Notes: a model not told the origin generated them from the letters alone. Counted from the first letter of the stretch, positions 7,456 through 17,458 are shown. The stretch: 28,086 bases of DNA from Armatimonadota bacterium (GCA_037446215.1 JBBIJB010000028.1:1-28086); one strand, 5' to 3'. Translations and numbers: made by a program.

Positions 7456-9375
7456 CTAGCCTCTGCTCTCCACCTCGTCTCGCAGACGCGCGAGGAACTC
7501 CTCCACGGGAACAGGGCCCAGGTCGCCGCCGGACCTGGAGCGCACGGCGACCGCCCCCGAGGTGGCCTCCCTGTCGCCCACCACCGCCATGTATGGAACC
7601 TGGTGGAGCTGTGCCCTGCGGATCTTGTAGCTGATCCGCTCGTTGGAGCGGTCGACGGTACCCCGCAGCCCTGCCCGGAGGAGCTGCGACAGCACCTCCT
7701 CGCAGTGCGCCCCGTGGCGGTCTGCGATCGGCAGGATGCGAACCTGCTCCGGCGCCAGCCACAGCGGGAATGCCCCCGCGTAGTGCTCGATCAGCAGCCC
7801 AAAGAACCGCTCCATCGATCCGAACAGCGCGCGGTGAACGACGTAGGGCACGTGCTCCTTGCCGTCGTCACCGACGTAGGTAAGCCCGAAGCGGACTGGC
7901 AGGTTGAAGTCAAACTGCACGGTGCACGTCTGCCAGGGTCGCCCCAGAGCGTCCACTAGGTGAATGTCTATCTTGGGCCCGTAGAACTGAGCCTCGCCCT
8001 CCAGGCGCCTGTAGGGCATCCCGCGTCGCTCCAGCACCCGCGCCAGCACACCCTCCGAGGCCTCCCACATCTCGTCGCTACCGGCGTACTTGCCGGGGTC
8101 TGAGGGGTCGCGCGCCGAGAGGTGGACCTGGTAGTCCCGGAATCCGAAAGCCTCGTAGAGCGTGAAGGCCAGGTCCAGGACGCCGCTGATCTCGTCCTCG
8201 ATCTGGTCGGGCCGGCAGAAGATGTGGGCGTCGTCCTGCGTGAACGATCGCACGCGCAGCAACCCGTGGAGCACCCCGGACCGCTCGTAGCGGTAGACGG
8301 TGCCCAGCTCGCCGATGCGGATCGGAAGATCACGGTAGGAGCGCGTCTCCCTCTTGTAGATCATCATGTGGAAGGGGCAGTTCATCGGCTTCAGCAGGTA
8401 CTCGTGGTTCTCCGCCTCTATCGCACCGAACATGCTCTCGCGGTACCACTGGAGGTGGCCGCTGGTCTCCCAGAGGTGCGAGTGGGCGATGTGGGGCGTG
8501 TAGACGAGCTCATAGCCGCGCTCGCGGTGGAGCCGCTTCCAGAGCTCCTCGGCGATCTCGCGCACCCGCGCCCCGCGCTGCAGCCACAGTATCATCCCGG
8601 GGCCGATCTCGTCGCTGATGTGGAACAGGTCGAGCTCGCGGCCCAGCCTCCGGTGGTCGCGGCGCCGGGCCTCCTCCAGGCGGTGGAGGTAGTCGTCCAG
8701 CTGCTCCGGCCTGGGGAAGGAGATGCCGTAGATCCGCTGGAGCATCGGCCGCCGCTCGTCTCCCCGCCAGTAGGCGCCCGAGGCCGACAGGAGCTTGACC
8801 GCACCAACCAGACCGGTCCTGGGCAGGTGCGGCCCGCGGCACATGTCCATGAACCCATCCTGCCTGTAGAAGCTAACAGGGCCCTCCGGTATCTCATCCA
8901 GCAACTCGAGCTTGTACGGCTCCCCTTCCTGCTCGTAGCGCCTCCGCGCCTGCTCCAGCGTAAGCTCCAGCCGCTCCACCCGCTGGTCCGCGGCAGCGAG
9001 TTCGCTCATGCGTGCCTCTATCTGCTCCAGGTCCTCGGGCGAGAACGGCCTCCCGATGTCGAAGTCGTAGTAGAACCCCTCCTCGATCGCCGGGCCTATG
9101 GCGAGCCTCGCCTGCGGGAAGAGCTGTTTGACGGCCTGAGCCATCAAGTGGGAAGTCGAGTGCCAGTATGCCTCCCTGCCGACGGGGTCGTCGAAACCTA
9201 CGAACTCGACCCTCGCGTCGGACTCGATCCTGGCGGTCAGATCGCGAGGCCTGCCGTCTATGACCACGGCCAGGGCATCGGAGCGGCCGAGCCGCTCCGC
9301 CACCTCGCCTGCGGTCGAGCCGGCAGCAACCTCGTGCCGCCCGCCATCGGGTAGGACGATCTGAACCAGATCCAT
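7456..9375 (-). CDS. thrS: Threonine--tRNA ligase (639 aa)
   Basis: TGS domain, editing motifs HSTSHLMAQA and DMCRGPH, KPMNCPFH, YRYERSGVLHGLLRVRSFTQDDAH, FYGPKID, HRALFGSMERF, anticodon-binding domain. AGGAGG RBS upstream. Confidence 0.98.
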   Translation of the reverse strand: MDLVQIVLPDGGRHEVAAGSTAGEVAERLGRSDALAVVIDGRPRDLTARIESDARVEFVGFDDPVGREAYWHSTSHLMAQAVKQLFPQARLAIGPAIEEGFYYDFDIGRPFSPEDLEQIEARMSELAAADQRVERLELTLEQARRRYEQEGEPYKLELLDEIPEGPVSFYRQDGFMDMCRGPHLPRTGLVGAVKLLSASGAYWRGDERRPMLQRIYGISFPRPEQLDDYLHRLEEARRRDHRRLGRELDLFHISDEIGPGMILWLQRGARVREIAEELWKRLHRERGYELVYTPHIAHSHLWETSGHLQWYRESMFGAIEAENHEYLLKPMNCPFHMMIYKRETRSYRDLPIRIGELGTVYRYERSGVLHGLLRVRSFTQDDAHIFCRPDQIEDEISGVLDLAFTLYEAFGFRDYQVHLSARDPSDPGKYAGSDEMWEASEGVLARVLERRGMPYRRLEGEAQFYGPKIDIHLVDALGRPWQTCTVQFDFNLPVRFGLTYVGDDGKEHVPYVVHRALFGSMERFFGLLIEHYAGAFPLWLAPEQVRILPIADRHGAHCEEVLSQLLRAGLRGTVDRSNERISYKIRRAQLHQVPYMAVVGDREATSGAVAVRSRSGGDLGPVPVEEFLARLRDEVESRG

Positions 9376-9428
9376 GTCAGCGAACCTCCTGCCGTCCTGC
9401 TGTCCAGAGGCGTGTCGCGCCTCCGGGT

Positions 9429-9914
9429 CTATCTGTAGTGCCTCGTGCGCCCCCGCCAGACCTCGGCCACTATGCCGCCGCCCTCGAGAAAGACCTTGAC
9501 TGTGGGCTTGAACTCCTCGTCCCCGGGGATGCCCGCGGCCGCCCGTGCCGCGGCGAACTCGTCTGCGAGCGCCAGGGCCCACTTGTCCCGGGCCTCCTCG
9601 CTCTGCTCGACCCACTTCTCTCCGACGGTTGCCAGCAGGATCGAGGCGGTATCGAGCACCAGATCCTTGAGCGCGGGGTCGGCCTTCTTGCGATCGGCTA
9701 TGAACCGGGCCATGGAGGCCTTGTAGGCGTCAGCCCCTTCTGTCGCCTGCACGCGGTCAAATGCCGAGCCCCCGGCGGGCGCAGGTGTCGCCTCTGTTGG
9801 GGCGGCTTGTCGCGGTCCGCAGCCGGAGAGCAGCGCGGCCGACGCGAGGACCAGCAGCACCCAGCCAGCGCAGGCCGATCGGAGTCCCGCATTCAGATGA
9901 CGCTTCACTCCCAT
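9429..9914 (-). CDS. Uncharacterised lipoprotein (161 aa)
   Basis: Basic N-terminus, hydrophobic stretch, lipobox LSG-C, Pro/Ala/Thr linker, then a small globular-looking domain. Purine-rich RBS upstream; fills the gap between the T-box terminator and thrS. Confidence 0.78.
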   Translation of the reverse strand: MGVKRHLNAGLRSACAGWVLLVLASAALLSGCGPRQAAPTEATPAPAGGSAFDRVQATEGADAYKASMARFIADRKKADPALKDLVLDTASILLATVGEKWVEQSEEARDKWALALADEFAAARAAAGIPGDEEFKPTVKVFLEGGGIVAEVWRGRTRHYR

Positions 9915-9984
9915 CCCCCCTCTGCCTCGTGACGAAAGCTGCCGGCCGGTCGGGCTGCTCGACCGCGCCGCGCTCCCTCCCCCA

Positions 9985-10022
9985 CAATAACGATAGGAAC
10001 CCGCCCCAGAGGGGCGGGTTCC
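9985..10022 (-). terminator. T-box attenuator terminator
   Basis: GGAACCCGCCCC-3 nt loop-GGGGCGGGTTCC, a 12-bp stem (9996-10022) followed by a weak U-rich tail TATCGTTATTG. Confidence 0.8.
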
Positions 10023-10267
10023 CGCGGTTCCACCCTCAACACCGCCAGCCGGGCCGCGAACGCAGCCGGCTGGCGCTCTCTGCGCTGTCACGGGCGCACC
10101 CGGCGGTTCTTCCGACAGGCTCGTGCCTGTCCTTCGCCCGCAGCTCCGAGGGGGTCTTCAGCCGGTCCACCCGGCAGGGCTCTCAGCCCGTGGCCCCGCC
10201 TCTCTACAGCCTGCTCAGCCGAGAAGGCCCTGGTGCGGCGCCGGCTTACTCGTCCTCATCATCGCCG
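9985..10267 (-). ncRNA. T-box riboswitch (Thr, specifier ACC), transcriptional type
   Basis: Minus strand: GCGATGATGAGG (GA motif), AGTA, AGAGAG box, GCTGAGA distal loop, GAAG-ACC (10155-10153), CCTCGGAGC, stem IIA/B CCGTGA, stem III, T-box GAGGGTGGAACCGCG (10037-10023), antiterminator partner CGCCCCT and an overlapping terminator. thrS lies downstream. Confidence 0.92.
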
Positions 10268-10287
10268 CTATCGCCGATCTGTGGGCA

Positions 10288-10316
10288 ATCTTAGGCGGTT
10301 GGTCGGTGGGTGTCAA
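10288..10316 (-). promoter_or_regulatory. Sigma70-type promoter of the T-box-lipoprotein-thrS unit
   Basis: TTGACA (10316-10311)-N17-TAAGAT (10293-10288), about 20 nt before T-box stem I. Confidence 0.85.
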
Positions 10317-10427
10317 TCAGGAGACGCCCCTTGGACCGCCAGCGCCTCTACCGGACCTCCTACTGCCACCACGAAACGAGAAACGCGGCTACGAAGAGCG
10401 CCGACTCGTTTCGGAGGACGTCGAGGA

Positions 10428-10502
10428 TGGTGGGCGCTGCAGGACTTGAACCTGCGACCTCCTCTGCGTCAGAGAGGCGCTCTACCACTGAGCTAAGCGC
10501 CC
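10428..10502 (-). tRNA. tRNA-Val(GAC), CCA encoded
   Basis: GGGCGCTTAGCTCAGTGGTAGAGCG-CCTCT-CTGACGC-AGAGG-AGGTC-GCAGGTTCAAGTCCTGC-AGCGCCC-ACCA, a complete 75-nt cloverleaf. Confidence 0.97.
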
Positions 10503-10533
10503 GCCGGGATCGTGTACCGCAGCGTGCCTACCC

Positions 10534-10562
10534 ATTATAGGGACAAGCTGCGAGCGTCGCAA
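10534..10562 (-). promoter_or_regulatory. Sigma70-type promoter of tRNA-Val
   Basis: TTGCGA (10562-10557)-N17-TATAAT (10539-10534), 31 nt upstream of the tRNA. Confidence 0.8.
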
Positions 10563-10644
10563 CACGCGCACGGGAGCAGCCTTGAGGCCCTCCGCCCGCA
10601 CCAGCCGCCAGGACATCGGGCGGCCCCGCGCGAACACGGGCGGT

Positions 10645-12531
10645 ATGAAGCCCCGCGCGGCTCTCCCCATGAGGGTAGTACGGACGTCCCTGGCGCTCCT
10701 GGTCGCGCTGGCGGCCACCGTTGCGCCCGCCGCGTGGGCGTCGGAGAAGTCCTACGACCACCCGGCGATCGATGTGTCATTCCGCCTGCTGCCTGATGGA
10801 AGCGCCGAGGTCGAGGAGGTTCGCACCTTCCGCTTCGTCGGCTCGTTCTCGTGGGCGGAGATAACGCGCAACACCAAGGGCCAGTACGGCAACTACGGCA
10901 TCCGCTACCACGGGGTGTGGGACGCCGACAGCGGCAGCCCGATGCGGTTCCGGCAGTCTCGGGACGGCTCCGACGAGACCCTGCGCTGGAACTACTCGGC
11001 CGCGGACACCACGATGCGGTTCCGGATCCGGTACCGCATAAGCGGAGCCGTGCAACGTTACGGCGACGCGGCCCAGTTCTACTGGCAGGCGATTGAAGGA
11101 GACCATGCGCCGATCGGCCGGGTCCGAGTCACGGTGACACCGCCAGGGGCAAGCGCGGGTCTGTTCAAGGTCTTCGTCCACAGCAAGGCCTCCCCTGGTG
11201 AGATTCGAATCGCTCCTGACTTCCGCAGCGCCGAAGTCAACGTGTCGGCTATTCCCGAGACCTCCTTCATGGAGCTGAGGGTCCTGCTGGACCCCGCGCT
11301 GTTCCCCCAGGCGACGCTGCGACAGGGCGAGAGCCACGAGAGCCTCCTGGCCGACGAGCGCCGTCACGGCAGGGCGGAGAGGCTGGCCGCCATCGCGTTG
11401 ATTGCGGGGCTCGCCGCCGCTGGGCTGCTGCTGGCCGGTCTTATCGCCGCCTACGCGTGGGTCTACACGCGCTACGGGCGGGAGCCGGCGGTGGCCTACG
11501 AAGGAATCTACGAGCGGGAGCCGCCCAGGCCGCTCCCGCCGGCCGTGGTCCCGGCCATCATGACGCAGTCCAGCGCGCGCCGCGAGGGCCTGCCCTGGGC
11601 CTTCGCGGCCACACTGGTGGAGGCGGCCCGGCTCGGATATCTGGAGATCGAGGAGCGGCAGGACCAGGGGCTGCTCGGGACCGGGCTCTTCAGCGGGACC
11701 GATCTGGCCTACCGGCTCACCGAGAAGGGGCGGCTGCTGCTTTCGGGCACGGCTCCCGACACGTCCAGGCGTGAGCGGTCCCTGGAGGAGTTCGAGGTGC
11801 GGGTGCTCGAGTCGGTCTTTCAGAAGGCTGGCGGTGGCGGCGAGGTCACTGGCGACCAGATCGAGGCCTGGGGGAAGAAGATCTCCGGGAGGAAGAGCAA
11901 CTTCCTGATCTTCACGGAGAAGTGGGGCCCTGACCTGCGTGGGTGGTTCGAGAAGCGGTACTTCCCGCTCGACGACGCCGCGAGCGAGCGGGCCAAGGGC
12001 TGGTTCGTAGGCGCGACGGTAGTGACCGTCATAGTCGCATCGTTGGTGGGGATGGTCATAGCGGCGTTCGCGGCGGTGCCCGTGGGGATCGTCCTAGTCG
12101 CCCTTGCCCTAAAGGGGCTCTCGCGGCGGACCCCTGAGGCAGCCCTGGAGGTGAAGCGCTGGGCGGCGTTCAGGCGGTTCATGGAGGACTTCTCCGCGCT
12201 GCGTGAGGCAGGCCCGAACGTGTTGGCGCTGTGGGAGAGCTATCTCGTGTACGCCACCGCGCTGGGCGTGGCCGCCAAGCTGCTGGAGAACCTGAAGCTG
12301 GTGGCTTCCGATATGGGGCAGACGCCCCCAAGCCCGGCGTGGTTCCGCAGCGCATCGGGCCGCGGCGCAGGGCTCTCGCCCGCCGGGTTTGGGGCCCTGG
12401 AGGGCCTCTCGAGGTCGTTTGAGAACTTCCAGAACCTATCGCGAGCCCTGTCCAGCTCCTCCAGCAGCGGGGGAGGCTTCAGCGGAGGAGGAGGCGGCGG
12501 CGGGGGCGGAGGAGGCAGCCGCGCAGGGTAG
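10645..12531 (+). CDS. DUF2207-domain membrane protein
   Basis: Signal peptide, DGSAEVEE...F, FYWQAI, three TM segments, WAAFRRFM...WESYLVYATALGVA, and a Ser/Gly tail SSSGGGFSGGGGGGGGGGG. Start could also be ATG at 10669. Confidence 0.88.
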   Translation: MKPRAALPMRVVRTSLALLVALAATVAPAAWASEKSYDHPAIDVSFRLLPDGSAEVEEVRTFRFVGSFSWAEITRNTKGQYGNYGIRYHGVWDADSGSPMRFRQSRDGSDETLRWNYSAADTTMRFRIRYRISGAVQRYGDAAQFYWQAIEGDHAPIGRVRVTVTPPGASAGLFKVFVHSKASPGEIRIAPDFRSAEVNVSAIPETSFMELRVLLDPALFPQATLRQGESHESLLADERRHGRAERLAAIALIAGLAAAGLLLAGLIAAYAWVYTRYGREPAVAYEGIYEREPPRPLPPAVVPAIMTQSSARREGLPWAFAATLVEAARLGYLEIEERQDQGLLGTGLFSGTDLAYRLTEKGRLLLSGTAPDTSRRERSLEEFEVRVLESVFQKAGGGGEVTGDQIEAWGKKISGRKSNFLIFTEKWGPDLRGWFEKRYFPLDDAASERAKGWFVGATVVTVIVASLVGMVIAAFAAVPVGIVLVALALKGLSRRTPEAALEVKRWAAFRRFMEDFSALREAGPNVLALWESYLVYATALGVAAKLLENLKLVASDMGQTPPSPAWFRSASGRGAGLSPAGFGALEGLSRSFENFQNLSRALSSSSSSGGGFSGGGGGGGGGGGSRAG

Positions 12532-12550
12532 GCGAGGCCGCCCGCCTCCT

Positions 12551-13405
12551 CTACTTGCCCGTCTTGGCCCACCGCTCGAGCGCCCGAACGCCGGCGGAAC
12601 CGATCAGCGTCATTATCAGATAGAGCATCGCGACCATGTTGTAGGTCTCGAAGGCGCGGAAGGTCCTCGCCGATAGCAACCGGCCGGCCTGGGTGAGCTC
12701 AGGGACGGCGATAGCGGACGCAAGGGCCGAGTCCTTGAGCAGCGCGATGAAGTCGTTGCCCAGCGGCGGCAGCACCACCCGCAGCGCCTGCGGCAGGACC
12801 ACGAACCGCATCGACTGCCCGTAGCTCATCCCCAGCGAGCGCGCCGCTTCCATCTGTCCCTTGGGGATCGACTCGATCCCGGCCCTGTATATCTCGGCCA
12901 GGTAGGCGCCGTAGCCTATCGCAAGCCCGAGGATCGCCCGGTTGACGTCGCTGCGGATCAGGTTGGTGATGATCTGGGCGAGCCCTGGCAGGCCCGCCGC
13001 GAGCGCCGCGCCTGCCAGGGCGCCGGAAGCCAGCGGCGCCGCCACGAACGCGATGTAGATAAGCAGAACGAGGAGCGGCACCCCGCGGACGACCTCCACG
13101 TAGAGGGTGCTTATCGTGTAGACGACCGGACGACGCGACAGCCGCATCAGCCCGGCCACCAGCCCTATTACAAGAGCCAGGGCATACGCCGAGAAGGCGA
13201 GCCGCAGCGTGAGCAGCACCCCTGACCAGAGGAATCGCAGCGTGTCGCGGTAGATCGGGGAGCCGGCTATGCCGGCCGCGGCCGCCCCGCCGGCCACCAA
13301 GAGGATCAGCACCCACCATGGGATCCTGTCCAGGATCCCGGACGAGAGCCTTCCGCGGCCGGCACCGGTGGTGCCGGCCGCGTCGTTCCGTCGTCTGTCA
13401 TCCAT
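12551..13405 (-). CDS. Polar amino-acid ABC transporter permease (HisM/GlnP family)
   Basis: YVEVVRGVPLLV, AYLAEIYRAGIESIPKGQMEAARSLGM (EAA loop), PPLGNDFIALLKDSAL. Confidence 0.94.
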   Translation of the reverse strand: MDDRRRNDAAGTTGAGRGRLSSGILDRIPWWVLILLVAGGAAAAGIAGSPIYRDTLRFLWSGVLLTLRLAFSAYALALVIGLVAGLMRLSRRPVVYTISTLYVEVVRGVPLLVLLIYIAFVAAPLASGALAGAALAAGLPGLAQIITNLIRSDVNRAILGLAIGYGAYLAEIYRAGIESIPKGQMEAARSLGMSYGQSMRFVVLPQALRVVLPPLGNDFIALLKDSALASAIAVPELTQAGRLLSARTFRAFETYNMVAMLYLIMTLIGSAGVRALERWAKTGK

Positions 13406-13429
13406 CGCCAGCCCGCCCGTCCGCCGCGT

Positions 13430-14260
13430 CTACGGCTTCGGCGCGCGCTCGACGAACCAGAGGTGGTAGAGGCGGTCCAGCGTCCCATCCGCCTTCATCT
13501 GGACGATCGCCGCGTCGAAGGCGGCCTTCAAGGCGGTATCTCCCTTCTTCAGGGCGACTCCCAGGGCCTCGCTGGTGAACGGCTCGCCCACCTTCTTCAG
13601 CTTGCCGGGGAGCGCGCCTATGTAGCCGTCGGCCGCGTAGCTGTCGATTATAACGGCGTCCACGTCCTTGTTCGCCAGGGCCTTGACCGCCAGCGCAAAC
13701 GTCTCGTAACGGCGCACATCGCCGACCTTGCCCTCCTTCTGGAGGGACGAAGCCTTCTCGTCGTTGGTCGTGCCCGTCTGCACGGCGACGACCTTCCCCG
13801 CGAGCGCGTCCACGCCTGTGATCGCCGCCTCTTCCTGGCGCACCAGGACGACCTGCCCATAGCGGAGGTAGGGCTCGGAGAAGTCGAGCGTCTTCTGGCG
13901 CTCCTCCGTGATGGTCACTCCAGAGGCGACCGCGTCGAACTGGCCCTGCGCCAGTGCCACGAAGATCCCGTCCCACGCTGTTGTGATGAAGGTCGCCTTG
14001 CAGTTGGCCCTCTTGCAGATCTCCGCCAGGAGGTCGGGGTCGAAGCCGATGATCTGCTTGTTGTCGTCAACCGACTCGAAGGGCGGATAGGTGGTGTCGC
14101 TGCCCACCTTGATCTCCCTGCCTCCGAGATCGGTCATCACGGCCGCCGGGGTCTCGGCCGGGGTCACCATCTTCGCCTCACGACCGGCACGCTGCCAGTA
14201 GATGACGGCAGCTATCACGACGATCAGCACGACCAGGTAGGTCAGCGAACGTCCCTTCAT
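13430..14260 (-). CDS. Polar amino-acid ABC transporter substrate-binding protein (family 3)
   Basis: N-terminal TM anchor, DTTYPPFE, GFDPDL, WDGIFVAL, ITEERQKTLDFSEPY, AVQTGTT. AGGAGG lies 7 nt before ATG 14260 (alternative ATG 14266). Confidence 0.93.
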   Translation of the reverse strand: MKGRSLTYLVVLIVVIAAVIYWQRAGREAKMVTPAETPAAVMTDLGGREIKVGSDTTYPPFESVDDNKQIIGFDPDLLAEICKRANCKATFITTAWDGIFVALAQGQFDAVASGVTITEERQKTLDFSEPYLRYGQVVLVRQEEAAITGVDALAGKVVAVQTGTTNDEKASSLQKEGKVGDVRRYETFALAVKALANKDVDAVIIDSYAADGYIGALPGKLKKVGEPFTSEALGVALKKGDTALKAAFDAAIVQMKADGTLDRLYHLWFVERAPKP

Positions 14261-14354
14261 CGACATCCCTCCTACGGGCTCTTGGCGGCCCGTACGCCGA
14301 GGTCACCCGGCCAGAACAACGGAACCTTTCTTCCCGCGGCCCGCCGCCGTCCTG

Positions 14355-15347
14355 CTAAAGGCGTCTCTTCTCCCAAACCTCGCCGTTGACGAGGTCCGGC
14401 GGAAGGCTTCCTGCCAGCGCCTGCACCAGGTTACCGGCTGCGATCATCGCCATCTTCGTGCGGGTCGCCACGCTGGCGCTTGCGATGTGCGGCGCCAGCA
14501 CCACGTTGTCAATCGAGAGCAGCGGGTGATCCAATGGGACCGGCTCGACCTCGAAGACGTCGAGGCCGGCGCCCGCGATCCAGCCCTCGACCACCGCCCG
14601 ATAGAGCGCGTTCGTGTCCACGACCGCGCCGCGTGCCGTGTTCACGAGGATCGCCGTCGGCTTCATAGCTCGAAGCTGTGCCTCACCGATCAGGTGGTGG
14701 GTCCCCTGGGTCAAGGGAACGTGGACGCTGACGAAGTCCGCCTCACGGAGAAGACACTCCAGGGACGTGTATCTCAGGCACAGCTCGGACTCGAGCTCCT
14801 CCCGACGCACCAGATCGTGGTAGAGAATTGTCATCCCGAAGCCGCGCGCCCGCCGGGCCACGGCGGCGCCGATGCGGCCCAGCCCGACAAGCCCCAGAGT
14901 GGCGCCGTGGAGGTCCTGCCCCAGCAGCAGCATCGGCTCCCAGCTCCTCCACCGCCCGGCCCTTGTATACCTGTCGGCCTCCACCACCCTGCGCGCGGCC
15001 GACAGCATCAGCGCGAACGCGAAGTCGGCGGTGGTTTCGGTCAGCACGCCCGGCGTGTTGGTGACGGCGATGCCACGCTCCGTGGCGGCCGCGACGTCGA
15101 TGTTGTCGAAACCGACCGCGCAGTTACTCACGACCCTCAGGCTCGGCGCGGCATCCAGGAGCGGGGCGTCGATGCGGTCGGTCAGGAGGCAGAGCAGTCC
15201 CTCCTTGCCCGCCATCTGCCCGAGCAGCTCATCGCGCGGAGGAGGAACCTCATCGGTCGCCCACAGGGTGACCTCCGTTTGGCTACGCAGCAGCGCGAGG
15301 GCCGCGTCGGGCAGGCGCCTTGTGACGTAGACGCGCGGTTGCGCCAT
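14355..15347 (-). CDS. D-2-hydroxyacid dehydrogenase (glyoxylate reductase / D-glycerate dehydrogenase, GyaR-like)
   Basis: [61 protein letters not shown]. Confidence 0.92.
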   Translation of the reverse strand: MAQPRVYVTRRLPDAALALLRSQTEVTLWATDEVPPPRDELLGQMAGKEGLLCLLTDRIDAPLLDAAPSLRVVSNCAVGFDNIDVAAATERGIAVTNTPGVLTETTADFAFALMLSAARRVVEADRYTRAGRWRSWEPMLLLGQDLHGATLGLVGLGRIGAAVARRARGFGMTILYHDLVRREELESELCLRYTSLECLLREADFVSVHVPLTQGTHHLIGEAQLRAMKPTAILVNTARGAVVDTNALYRAVVEGWIAGAGLDVFEVEPVPLDHPLLSIDNVVLAPHIASASVATRTKMAMIAAGNLVQALAGSLPPDLVNGEVWEKRRL

Positions 15348-15432
15348 CTGTGTCCCCTCCTGGATCGGAACAGGTGTGAGATCCCTTCGCGCCTTGGCCC
15401 GCTCTTCCTGTCCGCCGGCTGCCGAGGGGTTC

Positions 15433-16788
15433 CTAGGCCTGGAGGGAGTCGAGGACCGCGACGGCCTCCACGTGGTGGGTCTGCGGGAACATGTCGAAGG
15501 GCTGGACCTCGAGCAGGCGGTACCCAAAGGGGAGCAGCTCACGGAGGTCGGGGGCAAGAGTCGTTGGGTTACAGGAGACGTAGACCACCCTTCGGGCGCC
15601 GCTGCGCCCTATCTTCCGCATGACCTTGCCGCCCGCGCCGGCCCTCGGGGGATCCAGGACCAATAGATCGGGCCTTCCGTGCTCCGCGACGATCTGGGGG
15701 AGGACGATGCGCGCATCACCGGCGATGAAGTCGGCCCGGTCGATCCCGTTGCGGGCGGCGTTGGCGCGCGCGGCGGCGATAGAGGCAGGAGAGAGCTCGA
15801 CGCCCACCACGCGCCTCCCGGCGCGGGCGAGGGCCAGCGCGAACGTGCCCACCCCGCAGTAGAGATCCACGGTGAAGCTCCGGCCGCAGCAACCCGCCCT
15901 CCCCAGCACGTAGTCGATCATTCGGTCCGCCTGATCGGTGTTGGTCTGGAAGAACGTGTCCAGCCCGATCGTGAAGCGCAGCCCGGCCAGCTCCTCCTCC
16001 AGGAACGGCCGTCCCTCCAGCGGCTGCACCGCGGACAGCGGCGCGCTGTCGTGGTCGCCTGCGAGGACGCCCCGAACAACGCCGGTCGCCGCGGGCGCGG
16101 CCGCCCTTACTGCGCGGACAAACTCCTGTGGGTGGCCGAGCGGCCGGGGGCCGGTGACGATGCCCACCAGCCGGTCGCCGGTCCGCTTCCCCACCCTGAC
16201 CACGAGGGAGCGGAGGTCGCCCGCATGGCTGGCCGGATCATAGGGAAGAGCCCCTATCCGGCTCACTAGCTCCCGCACGGACCTGACGACGGCCACCGAC
16301 TCCTCCGATTGCAGGAAGCAGCTCTCCACCGCCACGATCCTGTTCCAGTCTCCGCGCCGGTGGAGGCCCAGTATCCCCTCTGGGTGGAACGAGAACTCCA
16401 TCTTGTTCCGGTAGAACCAGGGAGTGGGCGCCCGGACGACCGGCCTGACCGAGGCATCGGCCATGCCCCCGAGGTGGACCAGGCTCTCCCGCACCATCGA
16501 CTCCTTTGCACCGGCCTGGGCGCCGTAGGCGATGTGCTGCCAGGCACACCCACCGCAGACGCCGAAGTGCGGACACCTCGGCTCCACCCTGTGGATCGAC
16601 GGAGAGAGCACCTCCACCACCTCTGCCTCAGCGAAGCGGCGCCGCACGCGCGTGGCCCTGGCCTTCACCAGCTCCACGGGGGCGGCTCCCGCAACGAACA
16701 CCACGAGCCCGTTGTGGCGGCCGACGCCTCGACCGCCGTAGGCCATGCGGTCGATCGATACCTTGAACTCCTCGCCAACTCGTAGCAT
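15433..16788 (-). CDS. rlmD: 23S rRNA (uracil-C5)-methyltransferase RlmD/RumA family (451 aa)
   Basis: TRAM domain, [11 protein letters not shown]e-S motif, [44 protein letters not shown]. Confidence 0.93.
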   Translation of the reverse strand: MLRVGEEFKVSIDRMAYGGRGVGRHNGLVVFVAGAAPVELVKARATRVRRRFAEAEVVEVLSPSIHRVEPRCPHFGVCGGCAWQHIAYGAQAGAKESMVRESLVHLGGMADASVRPVVRAPTPWFYRNKMEFSFHPEGILGLHRRGDWNRIVAVESCFLQSEESVAVVRSVRELVSRIGALPYDPASHAGDLRSLVVRVGKRTGDRLVGIVTGPRPLGHPQEFVRAVRAAAPAATGVVRGVLAGDHDSAPLSAVQPLEGRPFLEEELAGLRFTIGLDTFFQTNTDQADRMIDYVLGRAGCCGRSFTVDLYCGVGTFALALARAGRRVVGVELSPASIAAARANAARNGIDRADFIAGDARIVLPQIVAEHGRPDLLVLDPPRAGAGGKVMRKIGRSGARRVVYVSCNPTTLAPDLRELLPFGYRLLEVQPFDMFPQTHHVEAVAVLDSLQA

Positions 16789-16886
16789 GCTCCCTCCAGC
16801 CGCGCTCCGGCTCTGATCGTACCATCGGGGTGCCGCCAAGCGCACGCGGGGCAGGCGAAGCGGTTCCCTGCGAAGAACCGTCAGGC

Positions 16887-17453
16887 ATGGACGCCTACCG
16901 CTTCATATTGAGCAAGAGAGACCTCCGGCGTTACACAGAGAGGGCAGTAGATCGAGAGGTCCTCGTCAAGATCCTGGATGCGGGTAGAAGGTGCGGCAGC
17001 GCCCGCAACCGGCAGCCGTGGCAGTTCGTGGCGGTCACCGACCGGCGGTCGCTGCGGCGCCTCGCAGGCTGCGGGTGGTTCTCGGGGCACCTGGCCTCCG
17101 CGGCCGCCGCGGTGGCGTTGGTCGTCGAAGGACGCGGCGACCTGTTCGATGCGGGCCGCTGTGCCCAGGCGATGATGCTTGCGGCATGGTCCTTTGGCAT
17201 CGCGTCATGCCCGGTCTCCCTCCACCGCGAGGAGGAGGCCCGGGGGCTGCTCGGCCTCCCTCCCGGGCCTCTGCTGGCAACGGTCCTCGCGCTCGGCTAC
17301 CCGGATCCGCGGGGAAGAGGGAGGGCGGAGCGCCTCGCCCTGCGGGTCATCGGCGGCAAAGGAAGGAAGCGCATCGAGGAGGTCGTCCACTGGGAGAGGT
17401 ACGGCAGGCGCGCGCCCGGAGCAGGCCCTCGGGACGTAGCGGTCGAAGAGTAG
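16887..17453 (+). CDS. Nitroreductase family protein (188 aa)
   Basis: KRDLRRYT, SARNRQPWQFVAV, DAGRCAQAMMLAAWSFGIASC, LALGYP. Confidence 0.9.
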   Translation: MDAYRFILSKRDLRRYTERAVDREVLVKILDAGRRCGSARNRQPWQFVAVTDRRSLRRLAGCGWFSGHLASAAAAVALVVEGRGDLFDAGRCAQAMMLAAWSFGIASCPVSLHREEEARGLLGLPPGPLLATVLALGYPDPRGRGRAERLALRVIGGKGRKRIEEVVHWERYGRRAPGAGPRDVAVEE

Positions 17454-17458
17454 TAACC

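Noticed and set aside
7394..7762. 123-aa N-terminal extension of ComEC in the ORF track
   Set aside because: Overlaps thrS in another frame and is low-complexity; not ComEC-like.
8122..9354. 410-aa plus-strand ORF, and similar ones at 6303-7634, 13463-14389 and 14487-15623
   Set aside because: Antisense frames of well-supported genes; long ORFs like these are expected at this GC content.
10370..10502. tRNA-Val as an integration site or island boundary
   Set aside because: No integrase, no duplicated tRNA 3' end and no visible composition shift. The imperfect GAAACGAG/CTCGTTTC repeat downstream is at most a terminator.
12450..12528. GGC/GGA/AGC low-complexity run as a tandem repeat or contingency locus
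   Set aside because: It encodes the normal Ser/Gly tail of DUF2207 proteins using mixed codons.
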